Numbered from the stretch's first letter, positions 7,647 to 19,227 are shown. The stretch is DNA of 32,000 bases from Mariprofundales bacterium (GCA_030950645.1 JAUZRF010000014.1:6670-38669), one strand, 5' to 3'. Program-made: numbers and translations. The notes: generated by a model not told the origin, from the sequence alone.

Positions 7647-8882
7647 TCAGGAGTGTTCTAAAATACGCGCGGCGGCGCGTTGTCCACGCATCACAGCGAG
7701 CTCTAAGGTGGCGGGAAGCTCCCCCGGCTTGGGCTGTTCTGCACCATCAATGATTCCGTGCGGCATCGGATGATTGTTGTGGCGGCGTACTAGGTGGGTG
7801 GCATGCGCCATTCGAACCAATCGGGCATGGGTCGGCGGCGCGTTGTCGTTTGCGATGGTCGCGAGTTCGTCGAGAAGTTGGGGTTGAACGGACTCTCTAC
7901 GGGGATTATTTTCTGCGCTCATGATGATGCAGTAGTGGTGCCATTTTGCCATGCCGTTCCCATTCATCATGCCATTCACATCGATAAACCACTGCCCCTG
8001 AGTTCCGATACCACCAACGAGGGGGTAGGGGAGGGTAAGTGGATGGTCAAACCAAAGGTGCAGATTGCTGATCACTCCGGTATCGGTAGCAGTGGGCGTC
8101 CGATTGAGTAGTCGATCGCGTACCGATGGGGCAACGGCGAGAATTAACTGGGAGCAGGGGGCGAGGGTCTTCCCTAAACGGTCAATCAGAAGCCAGTGAT
8201 CATGGTTTCGCTCCAGGCGTTGAATGCAGCAGCGTGGTTGAAGAATTACCCCGCACTGTTTGGCATAGTGAAGCAGCGGCTGGATCAGCGCATCGCATAG
8301 GGGGCGGGTAAACCATCCTAGGCGAGCACTATGCTGGTTGGTAAAGGCTTGGGATAATACCTGGCTGAAGCTGGCTGCATTGGCCGTGGCTATCGCCTCA
8401 TTCATACTGCCGAGGCAGAGCGGCTCGATGAGATCGCGGATCAGCGTGTGGGGAATGTTTAGCATGGCGAGCCATTGCAGCGCGGTTTGATCTGTATCTG
8501 CGGGTGGCTGGCTGGCTAAGCGCACCAAGGCGAATGCTGATTGTAGATTGTGGCCGGGGAGTTGGCCAATTGCTAGTGGCATCGCCAAGGGAAGTGGCAG
8601 TCGCCGTGAAGGGGCGAGGCGGAAATGGCCGCGATCTGCACTCCACAGCGCCAGGGTGAGCGATGGCTGCCAGTGGATGGCGTTGCTATTCCCTGCGCGT
8701 GCCAATAGTCCGAGGAGATGGTGGTAACAGCCCATAACTAGGTGGGGGCCGTGGTCAACCCACTGTGCTGCGGTTGGCTCAAAGAAAGAGTTCGCTCTAC
8801 CACCCAGGGTGGGGGCGGCGTCGAACAAGGTGCAGGGCATGCCTGCCTCGGCGAGGTGGATTGCGGCACTGATTCCTGCCAA
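7647..8882 (-). CDS. hpnE: FAD-dependent oxidoreductase, HpnE-like (hydroxysqualene dehydroxylase family); the true N-terminus probably lies further upstream (to ~8924)
   Basis: 411 aa from TTG. The in-frame upstream sequence reads ...KALPIAIVGGG before LAGISAAIHLAEAGMPCTLFDAAPTLGGRA, a dinucleotide-binding fold. It sits directly downstream of the hpnD-like gene. Confidence 0.7.
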   Translation of the reverse strand: MAGISAAIHLAEAGMPCTLFDAAPTLGGRANSFFEPTAAQWVDHGPHLVMGCYHHLLGLLARAGNSNAIHWQPSLTLALWSADRGHFRLAPSRRLPLPLAMPLAIGQLPGHNLQSAFALVRLASQPPADTDQTALQWLAMLNIPHTLIRDLIEPLCLGSMNEAIATANAASFSQVLSQAFTNQHSARLGWFTRPLCDALIQPLLHYAKQCGVILQPRCCIQRLERNHDHWLLIDRLGKTLAPCSQLILAVAPSVRDRLLNRTPTATDTGVISNLHLWFDHPLTLPYPLVGGIGTQGQWFIDVNGMMNGNGMAKWHHYCIIMSAENNPRRESVQPQLLDELATIANDNAPPTHARLVRMAHATHLVRRHNNHPMPHGIIDGAEQPKPGELPATLELAVMRGQRAAARILEHS

Positions 8883-8928
8883 TCCGCCGCCGACGATTGC
8901 GATCGGGAGGGCTTTTGCGTTCAGTGGG

Positions 8929-9801
8929 CTATGCCATTCTCACGGGACGGTTGGGATGCACCTTCTCACGCCGCCACATGCGCCAAGTTAGCCAGATCTT
9001 GTGCAGTGGCGATAGCGTTGCTGGATGGTTCCAAACATCAAAATGGCTCTGCCGTAACCGTTGCAGGTGGGCATAGTAGATCGCCCCCATAGCTAGTGAG
9101 GCGCGCAGGCTGGCTCGATCCTCTGTGGGCAATAGCTCCAGTGCATGGTGGTAGGTGGTATTGGCCAAATCGCCGTAATGGGTCAGAAGTGCATTGACGC
9201 CATCGGTAAGGTTGCCATCAACCAGGTCTTGATCGGCGACACCGAAGCGGAGTCGACTCTGTTGCGGCAGATAGATGCGGCCGCTTTTCGCATCTTCTGC
9301 TACATCACGCAGGATATTGGTGAGTTGTAGCGCGCGTCCCCAAGCAATGGCAAAGTCGCGACTTTGTGGGTTGTGGTAGCCAAAGATGGCAATGGTCATT
9401 AAACCCACTACCCCGGCAACTCGGTAGCAGTACTCCTCAAGCGCTTCATCATTTGCGATTGGCTTGCCTTCGACATCGGTAAGCATGCCGAGAATAAGCG
9501 CATTAAAGTGGGATTGCTCCAGAGGGAAGATGGATTTTACCCAAGATAGTTCCAAGCCCACGGGGTGGGTTGCTTGCTGCTGTGAATCAAAGACCGCATC
9601 AATCTCCTGTTGCCAGAAGGCGAGTTTACTACGGGCAATATCACGATCGCGAATCTCATCAGCGATATCATCCACCTCACGACAGAAAGCGTAGAGAGCC
9701 ATCATCGCCCGCCGTTTTTGTTCGGGTAGGAACAGGAATGCGTAGAAGAACGAAGAGCCTGAACCCCGTGTGCGTTGCTCGCAGTATTGCCTTGGGTTCA
9801 T
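8929..9801 (-). CDS. hpnD: Squalene/phytoene synthase family protein, HpnD-like (presqualene diphosphate synthase)
   Basis: 290 aa with motifs SSFFYAFLFLP..KRRAMMALYAFCREVDDIADE and LQLTNILRDVAEDAKSGRIYLP. Confidence 0.75.
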   Translation of the reverse strand: MNPRQYCEQRTRGSGSSFFYAFLFLPEQKRRAMMALYAFCREVDDIADEIRDRDIARSKLAFWQQEIDAVFDSQQQATHPVGLELSWVKSIFPLEQSHFNALILGMLTDVEGKPIANDEALEEYCYRVAGVVGLMTIAIFGYHNPQSRDFAIAWGRALQLTNILRDVAEDAKSGRIYLPQQSRLRFGVADQDLVDGNLTDGVNALLTHYGDLANTTYHHALELLPTEDRASLRASLAMGAIYYAHLQRLRQSHFDVWNHPATLSPLHKIWLTWRMWRREKVHPNRPVRMA

Positions 9802-9822
9802 GATAGAAGCAGTTGTTTATTC

Positions 9823-9975
9823 ATAACTACTTAGCTCACTTCCGATTTTCCCGATAGCGGCGTTGAAAAATGCGCATTGACAGTAGTAAACTCCGCTTTT
9901 TCGCCTTGCTATCAGGAAAACCGGAAGCAATCTGAGCAGTTATAGCCATTTTTGGGTAGGGTGATGCGTAGTTAT
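9823..9975 (+). mobile_element. MITE-like element, copy 4 (lineage I), 153 bp, slightly decayed termini
   Basis: ATAACTACTTAGC ... GATGCGTAGTTAT. A perfect 8-bp direct repeat GTTTATTC lies at 9815-9822 and 9976-9983. The right copy contains the glmS stop codon. Confidence 0.93.
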
Positions 9976-9977
9976 GT

Positions 9978-11825
9978 TTATTCGACGGTAACGGATTTAG
10001 CCAGATTGCGTGGCTGGTCGACATCTGTGCCCTTGGCGCGGGCGACATAGTAGGCGAGTAGTTGCAAAGGCACCGCAGCCAAGATTGGTGCGGTGAAGAG
10101 GTCACCCTGTGGTAGTTGGATGCGGCCATCGACCGTGATGGATTGCACCGCATCCGCGTCCTGATCGGTTAGCAAAATGATGCGTGCTCCGCGTGCCTGC
10201 ACCTCTCTCAGGTTGGAGATGACCTTATCGAGGTAGTACTGTCTTAGCCCTAGCACCACCACCGGCATGGTTTCATCGATCAGTGCAATGGGGCCATGTT
10301 TCATCTCGCCAGCGGCATAACCCTCGGCATGGAGGTAGGAGATCTCCTTGAGCTTGAGTGCGCCCTCCAATGCCAATGGGTAACAGGCGCCACGGCCAAG
10401 GAATAGCGCGCCATGGGCATGGAGGAATAGCGGTGTCAGGCTGGCGATGGCCTGGCGTTGGCGTAAGATGGTGCGAATATCTGCGCTGCTTTGATGAAGA
10501 AATCGCAAATGCTCTGCTAGCGCAGCATCATTCACCGTGCCCATACGGTAGGCTAGCGTAAGCGAGAATAGCGCTAAGACGGTGAGTTGGGCGGTGAAGG
10601 CTTTGGTAGAGGCGACACCAATTTCTGGCCCTGCATGGAGCAGAATGGTGCCGTCGGACTCGCGCACCATGGATGAGTGGTCAACATTGCACAGGGTGAG
10701 GGTGCGATTATGTGGCGTTAGCGACTTGAATAGGCGCAACGCCTCTAAGGTGTCGGCGGTTTCACCCGATTGCGATAGTGTGACCAGCAGTGTATCGGGG
10801 CCAATAATGGGGTTGCGATAGCGGTACTCCGAGGCAACATCCACCTCAACTGGAATCTGCAAAAAACGCTCGAGCCAGTAACGCGAAGCAAGGGCTGCAT
10901 GGTAGGAGGTGCCGCAGGCAATCATCACAATGCGCTGGGGCAGGGGGTCGTGGTGTATCCAGCTGCATTTAGGAAAACAGATTGACTGGCTGCCACTGGT
11001 GTAGCGCTCCAGAATGCGTGCAATCACCTCGGGCTGTTGGTGAATTTCCTTGTCCATATAGTGGTCGAAACCATCTTTGCCGGTTGTGCTTTGGGTGGTG
11101 GGCATCGGTTGCCAGTTGGGATCTACGGCATTGCCCTTGGCATCAAATAGCGCCATGGCATTGGCGCGAATCCAGCCCCATTCTCCCTCGTTGAGGTAGA
11201 GCACCTGTTCCGCATGGGCGGCGACTGCCAAGGCATCGGAGGCCACCAACACCCCGTGGGAACTCTTGGCCAACAATAATGGGCTCCCTTTGCGGGCAAA
11301 CCATAGCTTTTCTGGGCTTTCTTGGTGCAGGGCTGCAATGGCAAAGGCGCCTTCGAGTTGCTGGAGCATCGCATGCCATGCCTCGTGTGGGCTGCATTGC
11401 TCATCGCCCTCCAATAACCATGGAATCACCTCGCTATCGGTCTCGGATTGCAGATGGCTTTTGCCGGATTTTAACGCATTGCGCAGCTCGATATGATTTT
11501 CGATGATGCCATTATGAACCACCGCCCAATGTGGGCTGAGGTGAGGATGGGCATTGATCGCGGTGGCGCTACCATGGGTGGCCCAGCGGGTGTGACCGAT
11601 ACCAGTATGGCCGGAGAGTGGTTTTTTGGCTAAGGCCTGTTGCAAATGGGAGAGTTTCCCCGGTTGCTTTTCACAATGAAATTGTGCTTCGTCCGCTTCA
11701 TCCGCTTCATTCAATAGGCAGATCCCAGCGCTGTCATAGCCTCGATACTCCATGCAGCGTAGAGCATCAAGCAGGATGGAGCTAACATCGCCTGATGGGA
11801 AGGATGCAGCAATGATTCCGCACAT
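9978..11825 (-). CDS. glmS: Glutamine--fructose-6-phosphate aminotransferase
   Basis: 615 aa with N-terminal MCGI (Ntn amidotransferase), SIS domains and the C-terminus DQPRNLAKSVTVE. Confidence 0.97.
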   Translation of the reverse strand: MCGIIAASFPSGDVSSILLDALRCMEYRGYDSAGICLLNEADEADEAQFHCEKQPGKLSHLQQALAKKPLSGHTGIGHTRWATHGSATAINAHPHLSPHWAVVHNGIIENHIELRNALKSGKSHLQSETDSEVIPWLLEGDEQCSPHEAWHAMLQQLEGAFAIAALHQESPEKLWFARKGSPLLLAKSSHGVLVASDALAVAAHAEQVLYLNEGEWGWIRANAMALFDAKGNAVDPNWQPMPTTQSTTGKDGFDHYMDKEIHQQPEVIARILERYTSGSQSICFPKCSWIHHDPLPQRIVMIACGTSYHAALASRYWLERFLQIPVEVDVASEYRYRNPIIGPDTLLVTLSQSGETADTLEALRLFKSLTPHNRTLTLCNVDHSSMVRESDGTILLHAGPEIGVASTKAFTAQLTVLALFSLTLAYRMGTVNDAALAEHLRFLHQSSADIRTILRQRQAIASLTPLFLHAHGALFLGRGACYPLALEGALKLKEISYLHAEGYAAGEMKHGPIALIDETMPVVVLGLRQYYLDKVISNLREVQARGARIILLTDQDADAVQSITVDGRIQLPQGDLFTAPILAAVPLQLLAYYVARAKGTDVDQPRNLAKSVTVE

Positions 11826-11834
11826 CGTTTAAGC

Positions 11835-13238
11835 TTACTCCTGGTGCGGCTTACTGGGGCGTTGCCAGTGGGGTAGGTGGCGCTGCTCGGGGCGGGCGGA
11901 GAGTGTTAGCCCGCCTTTGCGTATATCTTTGGTGATGATACTGCCCGCACCCACGGTTGCGTTATCGCCCACTGTGATGGGCGCGATTAGTTTGGTGTCT
12001 GACCCGATGAAAACATGGTCACCAATGGTGGTTTGGTGTTTGTTGGCACCGTCATAGTTGCAGGTGATGGTGCCCGCACCAATGTTGCACGCTTCGCCAA
12101 TCACACTGTCGCCAATATAGGTGAGATGGTTGATCTTGCTGCCGTGGCCAACCACGGATTTTTTAATTTCGACAAAATTTCCAACATGCACATCGCTGTC
12201 GAGCTTAGCCTCTGGGCGCAGGCGGGCAAAAGGTCCGATGCTGGCACCGTTACCAATGCTCGCCGATTCGATATGGCAGTAGGGTAGAATACGCACGCCA
12301 TCATCAATCCAGCCATCGTGGATGATGCTGTAAGAACCAATCTCGCAGTTGTCTCCAATCGCAGTGTTACCAGTAAGTTGACAGCCTGCACATAAGGTGG
12401 TGTCGTTGCCAATGCGTACCCCGTGTTCGATACGCACACTTTCAGGCTGCTCGATGGTGACGCCTTGAAGCTGCCAGTCATGAATGATGCGCTGTTGCAT
12501 GATGCGTTCAGCCTCTGCCAACTGAATCCGGTTGTTGATCCCTAGCATATCATCGGCATCACGCATGGTGTCGCTATCAATTTTAACGCCATGCTGGAGT
12601 CCAATCGGAACGATGTCCGGCAGGTAGTACTCTTGCTGTGCGTTGCGATTTTCTATCTGATGAAGCAGTGTAAACAGGGTGTCAAAGCGGACACAGTAGA
12701 TGCCGCTGCAGACTTCGCAGATTTTTTTCTGGGTCGCATCGGCATCGCGTTCCTCTACAATTTGTGCGATAGAGCCATCTTCTGCCCGAACAATTCGGCC
12801 ATAACCAAAGGGGTTGCTTACCTCTGCGGTGAGTACGGTGATGCCAGCACCACTGGAACGGTGGCGCGCCACCAGTTGGCGCAAGGTATCGCTTTGTAGC
12901 AGCGGGGTGTCGCCGCAAACGATGAGAACATCCCGTACATCGCGGATTGCGGCTTCACACTGGCGAACGGCATGACCGGTGCCGAGTTGCTGATCCTGAA
13001 TCACCCATGATAGATTGGCTGGGTTTCCAACATGTGCCTGTACCAGTTCAGATGCATGACCGGTGACCAGCGCAATGCCTTTGGGTTGAAGCTTTTCAAC
13101 GGTTCGGAGCACATAATCCACCATTGCCCGACCCAGCAAGGGATGCAGAACCTTGGGTAGGCTAGAGCACATCCGTTTACCCTTACCGGCTGCAAGCACG
13201 CAGATTTGAAGATCATCCAACGGGGCATGTTGTAGCAT
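11835..13238 (-). CDS. glmU: Bifunctional UDP-N-acetylglucosamine pyrophosphorylase / GlcN-1-P acetyltransferase
   Basis: 467 aa with LAAGKGKRM..LPKVLHPL at the N-terminus and C-terminal left-handed beta-helix hexapeptide repeats. Confidence 0.97.
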   Translation of the reverse strand: MLQHAPLDDLQICVLAAGKGKRMCSSLPKVLHPLLGRAMVDYVLRTVEKLQPKGIALVTGHASELVQAHVGNPANLSWVIQDQQLGTGHAVRQCEAAIRDVRDVLIVCGDTPLLQSDTLRQLVARHRSSGAGITVLTAEVSNPFGYGRIVRAEDGSIAQIVEERDADATQKKICEVCSGIYCVRFDTLFTLLHQIENRNAQQEYYLPDIVPIGLQHGVKIDSDTMRDADDMLGINNRIQLAEAERIMQQRIIHDWQLQGVTIEQPESVRIEHGVRIGNDTTLCAGCQLTGNTAIGDNCEIGSYSIIHDGWIDDGVRILPYCHIESASIGNGASIGPFARLRPEAKLDSDVHVGNFVEIKKSVVGHGSKINHLTYIGDSVIGEACNIGAGTITCNYDGANKHQTTIGDHVFIGSDTKLIAPITVGDNATVGAGSIITKDIRKGGLTLSARPEQRHLPHWQRPSKPHQE

Positions 13239-13348
13239 GGTAATGCGACTCCTTAATCAAGTGGTCGGTAATTGGGGGCGAAAGGATAGCAACATGGTAT
13301 TTTCACGACCACCTGTCGTTGTGTGGTGGATAGTAGGGGGCTTTGTTT

Positions 13349-13382
13349 AGAAAAACAAAGGGGCTGCAACATGTGCAACCCC
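13349..13382 (-). terminator. Rho-independent terminator downstream of the atp operon
   Basis: The minus-strand RNA reads GGGGUUGCA-CAUGU-UGCAGCCCC followed by UUUGUUUUUCU. This is a 9-bp stem with one G-U pair. Confidence 0.7.
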
Positions 13383-13464
13383 GTAATTACTCAGCACCCA
13401 TTGAAAACATCCCATAACTGCTCAGATCGCTTCCGGTTTTTCTGATAGCAAGCTGAGTAGTTAC
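13383..13464 (-). mobile_element. 82-bp internal-deletion derivative of the MITE (reverse orientation, copy-2-like type-B extension)
   Basis: GTAATTACTCAGC...GCTGAGTAGTTAC. It lacks most of the left arm and the whole centre. A perfect 8-bp direct repeat GCAACCCC lies at 13375-13382 and 13465-13472. Confidence 0.9.
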
Positions 13465-13506
13465 GCAACCCCTTTGTTTAATTGTAGCTGTTCAGTGTAT
13501 CCCGTG

Positions 13507-13552
13507 ATCTAAGCAGTTACAGCCATTTTCTGGTAGGGTGCTGAGTAGTTAC
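13507..13552 (+). mobile_element. Solo right-end fragment of the MITE (5'-truncated)
   Basis: ATCTAAGCAGTTACAGCCATTTTCTGGTAGGGTGCTGAGTAGTTAC matches the right 46 bp of the full-length copies. It lies 14 bp from the atpC stop. Confidence 0.8.
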
Positions 13553-13565
13553 GCTGAATGAAGGA

Positions 13566-13973
13566 TCAGTGTCTTTTCTTTTTGCGTAACCAATCGAGTC
13601 GGGCCGCAGCAATGGCCAGTTCGGAACTCGCCCTAGCATAGTCGATGTCGCCATTGCGGTTCGCTTCTCCATCTTCGGCTTTGCGCGTAGCTTCGAGAGC
13701 TGCTGCCTCATCAATATCTGTGGCGCGCTCAGCGGAGTCCGCCAAGATGGTGATCATGTTGGGTTGCACCTCAATGAAGCCACCGGAGATAAAAACCTCA
13801 TCAATATGGTCACCCACATGTACACGGAGCTCACCGGGTTTCAGCGCACTCAATAGCGGGGCATGGTTAGGCATGATGCCAAGTTCTCCAGCTGCACCTG
13901 GAGCAACTAGAAAATCCGCATCACCACGATAAACCTCGCGCTCGGCGGTGGCGACCAATACAGGGACGCTCAT
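13566..13973 (-). CDS. atpC: F0F1 ATP synthase subunit epsilon
   Basis: The start is taken at MSVPVLVATAEREVY (ATG 13973), 1 nt after the atpD stop. The ORF-track N-terminal extension overlaps atpD. Confidence 0.9.
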   Translation of the reverse strand: MSVPVLVATAEREVYRGDADFLVAPGAAGELGIMPNHAPLLSALKPGELRVHVGDHIDEVFISGGFIEVQPNMITILADSAERATDIDEAAALEATRKAEDGEANRNGDIDYARASSELAIAAARLDWLRKKKRH

Positions 13974-13974
13974 A

Positions 13975-16244
<2,270 letters not shown>

Positions 16245-16253
16245 GTTATACCC

Positions 16254-17795
16254 CTAGTAGGTTCCGCTGGCTTTGAATTCAGCCAACGATTTATCCAAGA
16301 TGGCTACAACATCGTCGGTAAGGGCTGGAGAGGCATTCAACGCATCCATCATCTCCTTTTGCTCATGGTTGAGATGGGAGATGAATGCATGTTCAAAACT
16401 GATCACTTTGTCGGTTTCAATATCATTGAGGTCGCCGTGATTCAAGGCATAGAGGATTGCAGTCATCTCGGCCACATTCAAAGGAGAATTTTCCTCTTGC
16501 TTGAGTACCTCCATGCCCCGTTTTCCACGCTCAATCTGGTTGCGGGTTGCCTCGTCTAGGTCGGAGGCGAACTGTGCGAATGCTGCCAGCTCACGGTACT
16601 GAGCCAAATCGAGGCGCAGACCACCACCAACTTTTTTCATTGCTTTGGTCTGTGCAGCGCCTCCGACACGGGATACGGAGAGTCCGACATTCACGGCGGG
16701 GCGTTGACCCGAGTTGAATAGCCCACTTTCAAGGAATATTTGGCCATCGGTAATGGAGATAACATTGGTGGGTACGAATGCAGAAACATCGCCATCTTGG
16801 GTTTCAATGATTGGGAGCGCGGTGAGCGATCCTGTTTTTCCTGTAACCTTACCCTTGGTGAAATTCTCAACATATTTTTCGCTAACGCGCGATGCTCGCT
16901 CCAAAAGACGGGAGTGGAGATAGAATACATCACCGGGATAGGCTTCACGACCTGGTGGGCGACGAAGAATGAGTGAAACCTGACGGTAGGCCCATGCCTG
17001 CTTGGTCAGATCATCATAGATAATCAGGGCATCTTCACCACGATCACGGAAATACTCACCCATGGTACATCCGGCATAAGGCGCCAAATACTGCAGTGCT
17101 GCAGATTCCGATGCTGAGGCTGCAACAATGATGGTGTGTGCTAGTGCGCCATGCTCTTTGAGTGTGGCAACTACCGTGGCAACGGTTGATGCTTTTTGGC
17201 CAATTGCAACATAAATGCAGGTGACACCAGTATCTTTTTGGTTGATGATGGTGTCGATGGCAATGGCGGTTTTGCCTGTCTGACGATCACCAATAATTAA
17301 CTCACGCTGGCCGCGTCCAACCGGGATCATGGCATCAATTGCCTTGATCCCCGTTTGCATCGGTTGATCAACGCTTTGGCGCCAGATAACGCCAGGAGCC
17401 ACCTTTTCCACCTGATCATTGAGCTTGGTGGCGATCGCACCTTGACCATCGATTGGTTGACCCAGGGCATTGACTACACGCCCTTTAAGCTCCGGACCAA
17501 CCGGAACCTCTAGGATGCGGCCGGTGCAACGCACCTCGTCGCCTTCACGCAGATGCAAATACTCACCGAAGATGACGGCACCAACGCTGTCCTCCTCAAG
17601 GTTGAGAACCATTGCCATGGTGCCTTCACCCAGTTCCAGCATCTCACCAGCCATGGCGCCAGAGAGTCCATGGATGCGGGCGACGCCATCACCGACTGAA
17701 ATGATGGTGCCGACATTGGCATCAGCAGATGCCACTTCAAATCCCTTAATCTGCTCTTTGATGATGGAGCTAATCTCCGCCGTATCAAGCTTCAT
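16254..17795 (-). CDS. atpA: F0F1 ATP synthase subunit alpha
   Basis: 513 aa with Walker A GDRQTGKT and typical alpha-subunit sequence throughout. Confidence 0.98.
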   Translation of the reverse strand: MKLDTAEISSIIKEQIKGFEVASADANVGTIISVGDGVARIHGLSGAMAGEMLELGEGTMAMVLNLEEDSVGAVIFGEYLHLREGDEVRCTGRILEVPVGPELKGRVVNALGQPIDGQGAIATKLNDQVEKVAPGVIWRQSVDQPMQTGIKAIDAMIPVGRGQRELIIGDRQTGKTAIAIDTIINQKDTGVTCIYVAIGQKASTVATVVATLKEHGALAHTIIVAASASESAALQYLAPYAGCTMGEYFRDRGEDALIIYDDLTKQAWAYRQVSLILRRPPGREAYPGDVFYLHSRLLERASRVSEKYVENFTKGKVTGKTGSLTALPIIETQDGDVSAFVPTNVISITDGQIFLESGLFNSGQRPAVNVGLSVSRVGGAAQTKAMKKVGGGLRLDLAQYRELAAFAQFASDLDEATRNQIERGKRGMEVLKQEENSPLNVAEMTAILYALNHGDLNDIETDKVISFEHAFISHLNHEQKEMMDALNASPALTDDVVAILDKSLAEFKASGTY

Positions 17796-17883
17796 AGTTG
17801 TACCTCAAAAGATGTTATTGCCAATCTATAGACAATGTTTTTTTTGTTAAACATAATGGATTGCATCGGGTAGCCGTAGGGCT

Positions 17884-18411
17884 TCATCCGGCCATGATCG
17901 CGCGCAGGCCGTTGAGCCGCGAGCGAACCGATTGGTCGATGCGTCGATCACCAACATTCACAATAAACCCACCGATAATGGATTTATGCTGATGTACCTC
18001 GATATTGAGTGCTTTGCCGACCGTGCCTTCGAGGGCTACAGCGATCCTATTTCGCAATGCTGCGGTGATGCGGGTGGCTACAATGAGCTCCACATCCACT
18101 GTCGATGCATTGGCTTGGAGCATCGTATCAACCTGTTGCCCGATCAGGACAAGTAGGGTCAACTTGTTGCGCCCAGTCAGTATGGTCAGCAAGCGTTCCA
18201 GTTCAGCGGGGAGCTCGGTTACTGTTGCGCAAAGAATACGCTTTTTGACAGAGGCAGGAATAGTCGAATTGGATAGCAGCGTCGCGACATCTTCCATCGC
18301 AGCAACCTCGGCAAGATCCGCTAGCGGTTGGCGCAATGTAGTAGCACCCTCTTCGATCAACTCAAAGATGGCGCGTGCGTATCGGCGGGCGACGCGGCTC
18401 TCACTGCTCAT
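17884..18411 (-). CDS. atpH: F0F1 ATP synthase subunit delta
   Basis: 175 aa, OSCP-like (VARRYARAIFELI). ATGA overlap with atpF and the expected operon position. Confidence 0.9.
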   Translation of the reverse strand: MSSESRVARRYARAIFELIEEGATTLRQPLADLAEVAAMEDVATLLSNSTIPASVKKRILCATVTELPAELERLLTILTGRNKLTLLVLIGQQVDTMLQANASTVDVELIVATRITAALRNRIAVALEGTVGKALNIEVHQHKSIIGGFIVNVGDRRIDQSVRSRLNGLRAIMAG

Positions 18412-18890
18412 GCCTGGCTGTACTCGCGCTCGATAATCTGCTCAATGAGTGCTGTATGGCGTTTGGCATCAAGCTCGGCCTGTACGATCTGCTCCGCTGC
18501 GGTGATAGCAATGTTGGCCACCTCCTTGCGTAGCGCCTGACGGGCGCGCTCAACCTCAGCGGTTAGCTCCTCCTTGCCTGAAGCAACAATCTGCTCGGCA
18601 TTAGCGCGTGCCTTATGGATCGCCTCTTCGTTGATCTCCGCAGAGCGTTTTTCGGCCTTGGACAGAATTCTCTGTGCTTCTGCGCGTGCTTCAGCCATCT
18701 GCTTTTCGATCTCTGCTTTGGCTATTTCCTTGGCCTCAAGCCCTGCGTCTGCGGCAGCAAGCCCCTCGGCTATTTTCGCTGATCGTGCCTCCATCATATC
18801 ATTCATGGGGCCGTATAGGTGTTTCTTCATCAGGTAGACCAAGGTGAGAAACACCACGATCTGGCCGATAAAGGTTAAGTCAATACTCAT
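18408..18890 (-). CDS. atpF: F0F1 ATP synthase subunit b
   Basis: 160 aa with a single N-terminal TM helix followed by a long charged coiled coil. Confidence 0.9.
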   Translation of the reverse strand: MSIDLTFIGQIVVFLTLVYLMKKHLYGPMNDMMEARSAKIAEGLAAADAGLEAKEIAKAEIEKQMAEARAEAQRILSKAEKRSAEINEEAIHKARANAEQIVASGKEELTAEVERARQALRKEVANIAITAAEQIVQAELDAKRHTALIEQIIEREYSQA

Positions 18891-18935
18891 GCCTTCTCCT
18901 CAGTGTGTATGGTTGGGATAGTGAGTGGGTCTAAC

Positions 18936-19190
18936 TTATCCGATGAAAGGGTTGGCGAATAGGAACCAGAGTGCAAATGCCATAATGATGAACGGGAATG
19001 ACTCCATCAAGCCGGCAAAAATGAACATATTGAACATCAATTGTGGGCGCATTTCAGGCTGACGCGCGATACCCTCTAAGGTTTTGGAGGTGATGAGACC
19101 CCAACCAATTGCAGACCCCAGTCCGGCCGCTGCCAGAATAACACCGACTGAAATGGCGGTAGCCGCAGTAATGATTACATTTGCATCCAT
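18936..19190 (-). CDS. atpE: F0F1 ATP synthase subunit c
   Basis: 84 aa, a two-TM hairpin with loop ARQPE and a carboxylate-bearing helix 2 (FAGLMESFPFI). Confidence 0.95.
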   Translation of the reverse strand: MDANVIITAATAISVGVILAAAGLGSAIGWGLITSKTLEGIARQPEMRPQLMFNMFIFAGLMESFPFIIMAFALWFLFANPFIG

Positions 19191-19227
19191 GGTTTATAAC
19201 TCCTTTGTTGTTTTGTTATGGATAGGT

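Noticed and set aside
11686-11712. 9-bp x3 in-frame tandem repeat in glmS (GCTTCGTCC GCTTCATCC GCTTCATTC, encoding NEADEADEA).
   Set aside because: It is a small acidic insertion in a surface-variable part of the glutaminase domain. It probably arose by replication slippage and nothing suggests a regulatory role.
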